A stretch of DNA of 64,000 nt from Gemmatimonadota bacterium. GTDB taxonomy: Bacteria > Gemmatimonadota > Gemmatimonadetes > Gemmatimonadales > GWC2-71-9. The number at the start of each line of letters is the position of its first letter. Within the stretch, counting starts at the first letter, position 1. Below are positions 26,153-36,000 of this stretch, piece by piece. A program made the position numbers and the translations under genes. The DNA is taken from assembly GCA_029262195.1 (NCBI GenBank), contig JAJCZX010000030.1, positions 497,615 through 561,614 of the forward strand, read 5' to 3'. The notes beneath the pieces were generated by a model. It had not been told where the DNA came from. It searched no databases and saw only the letters and a program-made list of their open reading frames with translations.

Positions 26153-27997
26153 ATGTTCTGCCCAAGATGCGCATCTGAAGTCCAGGAAGACAAGAAGCTC
26201 TGCCCGACCTGCGGCATGGATATCTCCGCCATTACGGAGATAACGCGGGACAAAGCGACCGAACAACCCGACGACCTCGCCCTCGTCAAAGACGCCCTGG
26301 GAAGCGAGTATGAAATCCTTGGCGAACTTGGCCGCGGCGGCATGGCGATCGTTTATAAGGCCCTGGACAAAAGCCTTGAGCGCGAGGTAGCGGTAAAGGT
26401 TTTGCCCCTTTCGATGGCCTACGACAACGAATTTGTCGAACGTTTCCAGCGCGAGGCCAAAACCGCCGCAAAACTCGAGCACCCCAACGTTATCCCGATT
26501 TATAGAGTCGGGAAGACCGGTAGAATCATTTATTTCGTCATGAAATATCTCCGAGGAAAATCCCTTGGAGATTTGATTGACGAAAAAGGACCGCTCGCAC
26601 CAGAGGACATCCGAAGGGTGCTCGCCCAGTCGGCCGACGCACTCGGATACGCGCACGAGAGCAAGGTTGTCCACCGAGACATTAAGCCCGACAACATCGT
26701 TTTCGACGAAAAAGGCCGGGCCATTGTAACTGATTTCGGGATCGCCAAGGCGGCGACCGGCACCAAGCTGACCGGAACGGGCATGGCAATAGGGACGCCC
26801 TATTACATGAGCCCGGAGCAGGCGCGCGCGCAGGACCTCGATGGCAGAAGCGACATTTATTCACTGGGTGTCGTCGCTTTTCAATGCCTGACCGGGCACG
26901 TCCCGTTTGAAGGAGACGATTCATTTGCGGTTGGAATCAAGCACATTTCTCAAGAGCTTCCCAAACCCAACCTCAAGACGGCCGCCCAGAAAGAACTTTT
27001 CACGATCGTCGAGAAGATGCTGGCCAAGGCGCCGGAGGATCGGTTCCAAACAACTGATCAGCTAATTGAAGCCCTCACCGGTAGCCCAACCACCGCCGCG
27101 ACACAGGCGATGGCAGCCAGCGACCCGTCGTTTCCACCTGTCCGGGCAAGCACGCCGACCACTCCCCTACCCCAAATGGCAATCAACGACCACGCCAGCA
27201 CACCAACGAAGAAAAAATTGAGTCCGATAGTGATGGCCGGAATAGTAGGGTTTCTTATAGTCGGAGGTGGGTCTGCCGTATGGCTGTCGAACCGTCCCAC
27301 AGAAGATACCGGTAACACAAGCCAGACGACTCCGACTGAGGTTGCCTCAAACGCACAAGCATCTGAGTCCGACAACCCGGTTGACGCCGAAGCCACCAAA
27401 GGTCCCGAAGACGCCGAAGGCGAGGGAAATGGCGCTGAAGTCACGGCGCAAGGAGCGCCGGTAGTAGATCAGGAAAGCCAGGGAAACGCGACTAGTAACG
27501 AGCAAGAGCCTGAATCTGAATCTGAACAGACGGTCACACCCCCGGTGCAGGAACCCGAGCCCGAACCGGAGCCACAGGTTTCCCCTGCTGAACGGCGCTG
27601 GCGGCAGGCCATTGCAGACCGCTTCGCGACTATTGACGACGTGGCGACAGATAGGGGTTACGAACGCCGCGGAAACCCGATTACCGGACGGCTTGCTGAC
27701 GGAGCCAACGCAGACCACCAGATAACCCTGCTGGGGGAAACGGACTACGCTATCGTTGGTTTTTGTGACGAAGACTGCGACGACCTCGACCTAACGGTTT
27801 TCAACTCAGGGGACAGACAGATTGATACAGACGTTGCAGTCGACCCCACACCGCAGGTTGAAGTGTCGGTGCGCAACAGGGGGCTATACAGGGTCAATGT
27901 GAGTATGCCCGGATGTTCCGCCAGTGGTTGCCGTTACGTAATCGGAGTATATGCGAAGGCAGGTGAAAGCCGACCCCGGAGGCGCAAGGGTCAATAG
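26153..27997 (+). CDS. Serine/threonine protein kinase with N-terminal zinc ribbon, TM helix and extracytoplasmic C-terminal domain
   Basis: 614 aa. MFCPRCASEV..CPTCGMD zinc ribbon. Kinase motifs LGRGGMAIVYKA, VAVKVL, HRDIKPDNIVF, DFGIA, GTPYYMSPEQ. TM helix IVMAGIVGFLIVGGGSAVWL. Acidic E/P-rich linker, then a Cys-containing C-terminal domain. Confidence 0.9.
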   Translation: MFCPRCASEVQEDKKLCPTCGMDISAITEITRDKATEQPDDLALVKDALGSEYEILGELGRGGMAIVYKALDKSLEREVAVKVLPLSMAYDNEFVERFQREAKTAAKLEHPNVIPIYRVGKTGRIIYFVMKYLRGKSLGDLIDEKGPLAPEDIRRVLAQSADALGYAHESKVVHRDIKPDNIVFDEKGRAIVTDFGIAKAATGTKLTGTGMAIGTPYYMSPEQARAQDLDGRSDIYSLGVVAFQCLTGHVPFEGDDSFAVGIKHISQELPKPNLKTAAQKELFTIVEKMLAKAPEDRFQTTDQLIEALTGSPTTAATQAMAASDPSFPPVRASTPTTPLPQMAINDHASTPTKKKLSPIVMAGIVGFLIVGGGSAVWLSNRPTEDTGNTSQTTPTEVASNAQASESDNPVDAEATKGPEDAEGEGNGAEVTAQGAPVVDQESQGNATSNEQEPESESEQTVTPPVQEPEPEPEPQVSPAERRWRQAIADRFATIDDVATDRGYERRGNPITGRLADGANADHQITLLGETDYAIVGFCDEDCDDLDLTVFNSGDRQIDTDVAVDPTPQVEVSVRNRGLYRVNVSMPGCSASGCRYVIGVYAKAGESRPRRRKGQ

Positions 27998-28003
27998 CAG
28001 GGA

Positions 28004-28525
28004 TCAATTACCTGTACTGAGCAACTCGACTTCAAAAACCAGAGTAGCACCGCCCGGAATCACTCCACCGGATCCCACCTGCCCGTACCCCAGTTCTGAC
28101 GGCACAACCAATTGCCGTTTACCGCCTACCCGCATTCCTGTCAGCCCCTCATCCCAACCCCTGATAACGCTACCTGTCCCCAGGATAAGCGGTCTACCTG
28201 CCGGGGGCGGGTAGACGCCACTTTCCAGACCGGTGCCGTCTGGCAACCACAGGGAGTAGCGCACCGACACATTGTGGCCGGGGGCCGCCTCCGCTCCGGT
28301 TCCAACCTGAATGTCTTTGTACCTCAACCCGGTGGGAGACACCGTCAGCGATTCTAAATCGATGTCTAGTTCGGCAGCGTAATCAGTAGCGATTTCGGGA
28401 ATTGGCCCGGTCGCGGCCGGCGGACGAGAGCCCGCCGAAGGAATAAACCGATCGTCCGTTTCTGCCTCATCACCCCCACAAGCCGACGCAGCAAGCGCCA
28501 CCATTATCAATAGTTTCGTTTTCAT
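28004..28525 (-). CDS. FKBP-type peptidyl-prolyl cis-trans isomerase, lipoprotein
   Basis: 173 aa. Lipobox [20 protein letters not shown]...[31 protein letters not shown]...[14 protein letters not shown] is the FKBP_C signature. Confidence 0.9.
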   Translation of the reverse strand: MKTKLLIMVALAASACGGDEAETDDRFIPSAGSRPPAATGPIPEIATDYAAELDIDLESLTVSPTGLRYKDIQVGTGAEAAPGHNVSVRYSLWLPDGTGLESGVYPPPAGRPLILGTGSVIRGWDEGLTGMRVGGKRQLVVPSELGYGQVGSGGVIPGGATLVFEVELLSTGN

Positions 28526-28717
28526 TCCTCAACCGTCATTAATCGGAGTTCATCGCTTTCAGCGTTTCACACAGCTACCCCCACCGCAACGCAATTGTTG
28601 CTACCAGAGCCCGTCTGCCCGGGACGAAACATAATCGCGTTTGACGAGGGGCGTCGTTTCCGCCTTATTCACTACCGACAGTTTTGCATCTGTACCGCCG
28701 AAACCGATGGAGACGAT

Positions 28718-29434
28718 ATGTCCGCGTTCTTAACTATACTTCTCACAGGTCTTTCAATAACCGCCGCCGACGACGGTTACGTCTACCGACTCTCAAGCAT
28801 CAGGGCGGCACCGGGAACGCTTTTGGAGACTATTGACCTCCTACAGCAAAGGCACTCAGCTCTCGCCAATTTAGGATACCCGGAATCTCACATTATGCGG
28901 CATTCGCAGGGCGATCACTGGGACCTTCTGGTAATCACGCCCGTCGGCCAGATGGGGGAATACTTTTCCTCCGACCGCGTCGAGGAAAGACAGAATGCCA
29001 CCCGCGGGTTCGACGCCGCACTCGACAGAATCGTTGCCTGGGAAGACGAGGTTTATCTCACGGGACCCAACGTAGACATAGTCTCCCAAAATTTCGGGCA
29101 ATTCGATTTTTACCACATAGAAATGATGATCTCGGCGCCGGGTTCACGCGAAGCCCTTTACAGAGAACGAGAGATGGAAAACGATTACTCCAGGCGGGTC
29201 GGACGCCCTGAGAACCTCATTTTTGACCGCGTTGCCGGGGCCGCATGGGAGGTGATTACCATCGGTTTCTATCGAGACATTCAACATTTCGCCGAGGGCA
29301 CGCCAGATTTCTCCGACGAAGAGCGGGAAAGTGCTGCGGTCGCAGCCGGGTTCCCGGGGAGGGATTTCATCGGTACCTATTTAAGATCTTTGATGAGTTA
29401 CCATCGGGATACGCTGGCAGGGGCAGTGAGATAA
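28718..29434 (+). CDS. Hypothetical secreted protein
   Basis: ORF 28595..29434. I start at ATG 28718 (GGAG 8 nt upstream; MSAFLTILLTGLSITAA signal-like N-terminus). No recognisable motif. Confidence 0.45.
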   Translation: MSAFLTILLTGLSITAADDGYVYRLSSIRAAPGTLLETIDLLQQRHSALANLGYPESHIMRHSQGDHWDLLVITPVGQMGEYFSSDRVEERQNATRGFDAALDRIVAWEDEVYLTGPNVDIVSQNFGQFDFYHIEMMISAPGSREALYREREMENDYSRRVGRPENLIFDRVAGAAWEVITIGFYRDIQHFAEGTPDFSDEERESAAVAAGFPGRDFIGTYLRSLMSYHRDTLAGAVR

Positions 29435-29476
29435 GATAGAAGTCAGAAGATAAAAGTTAGTAGAAATGGGTAGGTG
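29435..29476 (+). repeat. Degenerate heptanucleotide array (GATAGAA GTCAGAA GATAAAA GTTAGTA GAAATGG GTAGGTG)
   Basis: Six in-phase 7-nt units fill the gap between the TAA stop (29432-29434) and the tag start region. Confidence 0.7.
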
Positions 29477-29480
29477 ACGT

Positions 29481-30041
29481 TTGGAACGAAAGCGTTGTTC
29501 GTGGGCCTCTGACGAGCGTTTGGCGGCTTACCACGATGAAGAATGGGGAGTCCCTGTTCATGACGACCGTACGCTCTTCGAGTTCCTCATCCTTGAGGGC
29601 GCACAGGCCGGGCTGAGCTGGAATACGATCCTCAAGAAGCGCGAGGGCTACCGCAAGGCGTTCCACGATTTTAACATTCGAAAAGTTTCACGAATCACTC
29701 AAAAAACTGTCGAACGTCTTCTCCTCAACCCTTCTATTGTCCGAAACAGGCTAAAGGTCGAGTCGACAGTATCCAACGCGGTCGCGGCACTGGAAGTTAT
29801 CAAGGAGTTTGAAAGCCTCGACAACTATTTTTGGGGATTCGTAGGCGGAAAACCGAAGAAGAACAAGTGGAAAAGCCTGAAGGACATCCCGGTATCAACT
29901 GAAATCTCAGACGCCCTGAGCAAGGATCTCAAAAAACGCGGTTTTAGATTCGTCGGGACGACTATATGCTACGCCTTCATGCAGGCGACCGGCATGGTCA
30001 ACGACCACACCACCGACTGCTTTCGCTATCAGAAATGCTAG
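29481..30041 (+). CDS. tag: DNA-3-methyladenine glycosylase I
   Basis: 186 aa. The TTG start is preceded by AGGTGA. (M)ERKRCSWASDERLAAYHDEEWGVPVHDDRTLFEFLILEGAQAGLSWNTILKKREGYRKAF aligns from residue 1 with E. coli Tag (MERCGW...YHDNEWGVP...EGQQAGLSW). Confidence 0.9.
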   Translation: MERKRCSWASDERLAAYHDEEWGVPVHDDRTLFEFLILEGAQAGLSWNTILKKREGYRKAFHDFNIRKVSRITQKTVERLLLNPSIVRNRLKVESTVSNAVAALEVIKEFESLDNYFWGFVGGKPKKNKWKSLKDIPVSTEISDALSKDLKKRGFRFVGTTICYAFMQATGMVNDHTTDCFRYQKC

Positions 30042-30047
30042 CAGCAG

Positions 30048-30088
30048 CTCTAACGTATTCTTCCTTCTTCTAACTTCTTTCTTCAACT
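30048..30088 (-). repeat. Degenerate GTTAGAA-type heptamer array (inverted orientation)
   Basis: CTCTAAC...TTCTAAC TTCTTTC TTCAAC contains the exact 12-mer CTTCTAACTTCT at 30067-30078. One 1-nt phase slip. Lies between the convergent stops of tag and the giant gene. Confidence 0.5.
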
Positions 30089-30092
30089 CCCG

Positions 30093-33000
30093 TCAGGGAT
30101 TCACATTCACAACCATGACCCCGTTGGGCGTCTGAACCACACCGGGAATGGTCGCGGAAACCGTCGTAGCACCCTGTGCCAATGGGTCGAATTCAACCCC
30201 TCCACCCAACACGGTGGACGGGGAACTCGAAGCTGTCGCCGGGATGGTTACCGTCACCGATCCGGCCCCTGGGACTGCAGACGTGACCAATTGGCCGATA
30301 GACGCTGCACTGCTCGTTATGGTCGCGGTGAGCGCCGGACCTCCTACTCGAATTGACTGGATCGCTACCGAATTCCCGCTCTGGTAGCCCAGCGTCACCA
30401 GGAAAAGATCGTTTGCGCCCCCGACGGTCGTAAACGTATTCAAGCCGCTCAGGATAAGGGCGGCTGGCGAGATTGTCACTGTCGCGGAGTCACTGACGAA
30501 TCCGGTCACCGTTGCAGTCACGGTCACGCCAGTATTCGACCCAAGGTTCAACGCCTGCGCGTAGTATGTGGCGCGATACGAACCATCGGCAAGATTGATC
30601 TGCAAAGTGCCGGTCCCCGGAGTGGCTGCGTCAGGGGCAAGCAGAAGCAAGCTGGAATCGGAACTGGTAAGCGTCACAGTGACGCCGCCATGGAATCGGC
30701 TGCTAGCCCCGAGGTCAACACAGCTATTGCAGCTACCCTGCAACCCGCCTCCGACAGTCATCCCTGATAGGGTTATCGCGGGCGATGAAATCGCAACATC
30801 CCAATCCGAATTCGGAGTGGGTGCGTGCCCCGGAATTGTGGCTGAGACTGTGGTCATCCCAGCTGTGAGGGGATCCAAGGCGACCCCACCCGGCGCAACC
30901 GTCGTCGGCGTTTGGAACAGTCCGGGCGCAATATCCATCATTATGGATGCCGCAGTATCGGCGTTCGTCACCAGGATTCCGACAGATGGTTGGGAAGTCA
31001 CGACCGTCGTCGTCAAAGTAGGACCGCCCATCCGCACTGCCTGGGCAAACACGCCGTTGCCGCTGGGCCTACCCACCCTCACGTAAAACGGGTCATCCAG
31101 GGAAAGAGTTGTTACGTTGTTCGTCTGGACACCAATAACATCCAGGGCAGGTTGTACAACCGTCATGACAGCGGATCCGTTGCTGAATCCGACATCTGCG
31201 ATCGCGTCAACCGTGACCGAGCCAGTCTGCCCAAGTGCCGTGCCCTGGACATAATATGAAACCAGGTATTGCTGATCCGGCACGAAGATCTGGATGGAAT
31301 CAGAGCCAGCTGTGTTGGCGTCAGGTGATACTAGCAACACCCCAGGATTGGAACTCCTTAGCGTAAGGGTTACTCCACCGTGGCCGCGGTTCTGTATGTT
31401 GAGGTTCACGCAGTTCGAACACTGTTGCTGCAAACCAGCGCCCACCGTTTGGGTTCCCATTGAAATGGCAGGAGCGGTTGTCGTAACCACGAAGTCTGAA
31501 CTCGGTGTCGAGATGAAACCCGGGATGGTCGCGGCTACGGTGGTTGTATCGGCTGTCAGAGCATCAAACGCCACTCCACCCGGGGCAACCGTGGTGGGTG
31601 AGTTGGATGCCCTCACAGGAATGGTTGCCGTCACCGAGCCTGCAGTAATCGCGTTAGTAACCAATTGGCCCACGCTGGGCCGCGAGCTGGTAAAGGTAAC
31701 TGTTGCGGCTTGCCCTCCAGCCCGGATCGCCTGAGTCACGACCCCGCTACCAGACGGATACCCAACCCGCGCGTAAAACGGATCGTCCGCCGATAGCGTT
31801 GTCAAACCTGATGTCTGAAGACCAATTAGTTGGACCCCGGGTTGCCGCACTGAAACCGTTGCAGTATCGGGAACGAACAAAGCTGGCGACGTCGTGACGA
31901 TTACCTGGGCAGAAACGATGCCCGTATCCGCAGCAGCTTCGACCCCCTGCGCCCAGTAGCTGAAGAAATAACTTGAATCCGGCAGGAATACCTGAATAGA
32001 ATCGGTCCCCGGCGTCGAATCGTTCGGGGAAATTAGGAGTGCGGTCGGGTCTGCACTTCTTACGGTAACCGTGACGCCCCCATGGGCCCGGTTCTGGACC
32101 AGAAGATTGACGCAATTACTGCATACCTGTTGGAGTCCCGTTCCAACCGTAGTGCCCGAGGCAGTGAGCGCAGGGGCGGTTGTAGTAACCACCCAATCGG
32201 AATTCGGAGTCGAAATCAGGTTGGGAACGCTCGCGGCGATCGTAGTCGTATCAGCAGTCAACGGATCAAACGCAACTCCACCCGGTGCCACTGTCGTGGG
32301 TGAATTGGAGGCGCCTACTCCAATCGTCACCGTCACCACGGAATCCGTGGTGGTATTGGTCACAAGTTGCCCAACTGCCGGTTGCGAACTCCTGATAGTT
32401 GCAGTGAGAGCTTGCCCGCCAACCCGAATAGGCTGCGAGGCCACTCCGTTACCACTTGGATACCCTACACGTACGTAAAATGGATCGTCAGGAGAAAGCG
32501 TTGTCAAACCTGTCGTCGATAGCGACACCAGGTCTATCGCGGCCTGTCTTACAGATGTGGTGCCCGTGTCAGGCTGGAAGATTGCGGGGCTCGTCGTGAC
32601 CACAACTCCGGCAGCAACATTGCCTGTGTCGGCAGCAAACTCGACACCATTCGCTGTATAGCTGAAGAAATATTGCTGGTCCGGAAGGAAGACCTGAATT
32701 GAATCGGTGCCCGCCGTCAGATTGTTTGGCGAAAGCAACAGCGCTCCCGGATCCAGACTCCTTACGGTGACCGTAACTCCTCCGTGAGCTCGATTTTGAA
32801 TACCGAGATTCACGCAACCGTTGCAATTCTGTTGTAAGCCTGTGCCAACAGTGGTACCGGAAGCCGTTATCGTCGGTGCGGTCGTGGTCACTACCCGATC
32901 AGCATTCGGAGTCATGATGACGCCGGGAATTGACGCCGCAATCGTCGTCGTGTCCGCCAAAAGCGGATCGAAGGCCACGCCGCCCGTCGCAACCGTTGTC

Positions 33001-36000
33001 GGGGAATTCGCGACCCCAACCGGAATAGTCACCGTAGCGATCGAATCGGTCGCGGAAGTTGTGGTAAGTTGCCCCACCGTCGGTTGGGAACTGCGGATCG
33101 TAGCGGTAAGGACCTGGCCACCGGCTCGAATAGACTGACTCGCAACGCCACTCCCACTCGGGTAACCTACCCGCACGTAGAAGGGATCATCTGCCGAAAG
33201 TGTTGTCAGACCACCGGTAGAAAGTCCAATTATCTCTACCCCGAGTTGTCGCACAGAAACGTTGGCCTGCGCCGATTGAAACAGGGTGGGACTCGCAGTT
33301 GCCATTACGGCGGCCGTGGCTATGCCCGTATCGGCAGCCGCTTCCACTCCCTGTACATAGTAGGTGAAGAAATACTGTTGGTCGGCCAGGAAAACCTGGA
33401 TCGAATCGGTGCCAGGGGTGCTCGCATCCGGGGATATGAGGAGCAACGAGGGGTCAAGACTCTTGACGGTTATCGTTACCCCGCCGTGGTCGCGGTTGTT
33501 GAACCCGAGATTGACACAATTGCCGCACGATTGCTGCAAGCCTGTCGCCACCGTGGTCCCGCTTAGAGAAATAGCAGGCGCGGCATTCACGGTAACGGTC
33601 ACGACATCGGAGTTAATGCTGGGGCCGGTCGCAGTTAGAACCGCGTTACATGTAGTGATCGCACTCCCCCCGTAACGGGGATTGGCGGTTGCCGAAACAA
33701 AACCTGCTCCGATCACGACCGAATCCATCACCGCGCAGGTGGAGTCGCTTGAGACGAACAGTACTTGGACCCCTCCCACCGGGGCCGGAATTGGCTGTCC
33801 TCCACTTTCAAGCTGGATAGTGACGTCGGGTCCGAACAACTCGTTGATCGTCACACCGGTTGTCGTGATATTGAAGTTCGCAGTCGTGGTAGCCACGCTC
33901 TGGGCATTCCCAAAGCTGGCCGATTGTGCAGTGATTGTCGCAACACCCGGAGCAGCCCCGTTTAGGATCACACTACCAAGGCTCGAACCCTGTGGTATCG
34001 TCGTCATCGCGGTTTGAACGCTTACCGCAGTCGGGTTGCCACTAAGTACCGTAACCGTCACACCACCGACGGGAGCCGGAGCGGAAAGTTGTATTGGCAG
34101 CGACGCGGTCCCGCCGAACGGAACGTTGACGGTCCCCGGCAGGCTCATGACCTGAGTTGATCCGTCGACGTTTAACATTCCGCTTGTAAAGCCCGGGGCT
34201 GCCCCGGTTATGGTTGCCGTCCCCGCCGCAATGGCGTTGAGAACGATCGTTCCAGTAGTCATGCCAGAGTCGACAAACACAGTATCGGGCATCGCCACTG
34301 TTATCACATTGGTGTTGCCACTCGTCACTTGGACCGGGAGACTATCGACCGCCGAAGGTGCCGTCAGTGTCACGGTCAGGGTGTCAGTACCGCCCACCGC
34401 AATCCGATCTGACGGCATTGACAGCAGTATCGACGGGTTGGGGAAATTAGCTGTTGCCGTCGCAATTACCGGCGTGAGGCCGGTGGCGGAAGCTGTAAGG
34501 GTTTGGGTGATTGCCGAAACGCCGAGGGTCCAGTTGGTCGAAGCATTGCCGGCGCTCGTAGTGACGCTGGTAGAGCCGGACAGACTACCGAAAGCAGTCG
34601 CCCAATTTATGGTGACTCCACCGACTCCATTACCGTACTGATCCCGAACTCCGACAACCACTTGGGTCGGCAAGGGCATCCCAGCGTCTGCCAATTGGTT
34701 ATTGCCGGATACAACGATCATTGAGACCGCAGTATCAGCAATCCCTGTGGCATTGAACAAAACCGGCGGCAACGTGTCGACTGTTGCCGAAATGGTGTTT
34801 AGCCCCGCAATCGTATCAATTGTCCAACCACCCAGGATCGCGACGCCCATCAAGTCGGTCACCATCGTGGCCCCTGACAACTGGCCGTTGCCGTTTACCA
34901 CAGAGAAGGTCACGGTTTGTCCGCCAAGAGGTTGTCCAAGGACGTCCGTGACCAGCACAGAGGGGGGCGTGACGACCAGTCTTCCCACCGTGGCCGACTG
35001 GCTGGTTGCCGAATTTGCTACGATGTTTTGCGGCCCACCACCTCCAGCCCCAGCATTGACGGTGACTATAAGTGAGTCAGCGACACCGCCGGTTGAGACT
35101 ATGATCGTATCGACGCCGTTGGCTACTGCGCGCACATGTGCTACGTCGACTATTATGACACCGACAGAGTCAATAACCACAGAGGTCGAATCCAGAACAT
35201 TCCACGTGAATGTCCGACCCGTTAGCTGGTTGCCCCCTGCGTCGAACGCGACTACCGGAATTATCCCGGTCTCGTTGATCGCCACCGCCGTTGCGGTATC
35301 GGCAAGCGGGAATCCGTTACTGCTATCCGAGTCCAACATTACAACGCTCGCCACGACACCCAGGACAACATCAAACGCGACCGAAGTATCGGACGGCAAC
35401 GCACCCACCATCGCTTCAAGTTGGTAACCGGTCCCGAGCAAATCGATGGACAGATCCGGGAAAGTGGCCGTACCACCCGCAACAGTTTGTGGAATTGTGC
35501 CCGACAGGGTGGCCCCCTGCGCACCGGTGCCCGGCACAATCACGATCTGGACCTGGGAGGTCGAGTCGTTATCGGCGAAGTTGTTAAACTGATCGTAAAG
35601 CCCCACCTGCACGGCCGGCGATATCGCTGAGCCCGCCGGCACGTCAGTGGGTTCGGTCGTTATCAAGACCGAGTTCACCGGCCCCGGGGTGGCCTGCGCG
35701 GTAAACGTCACAGTCAACGTATCAACCATCATTATTGACGTTTCGGGTTCCGTGACTACATCTGGTTCCTGGAAGTGCCGATCAATCCGAGCCTCTCGGT
35801 CTTTCTCCAATTCATCCAGGATTTCGTCATCGGAGTCCAGAAGTTCTGATGGGTTCCGATCAACCTGGCCCGGTGGAGACAGCGGGGTGCTGGTAATTAG
35901 CTCGGCGATTAGAGTGTTCGTTCCCGCGACCGTGCCCATGACCCAAGTCCCCACCGACGCGGTGCCACTGGAGTCGGTTGTCGCCGGTGTTCCTGTCACA

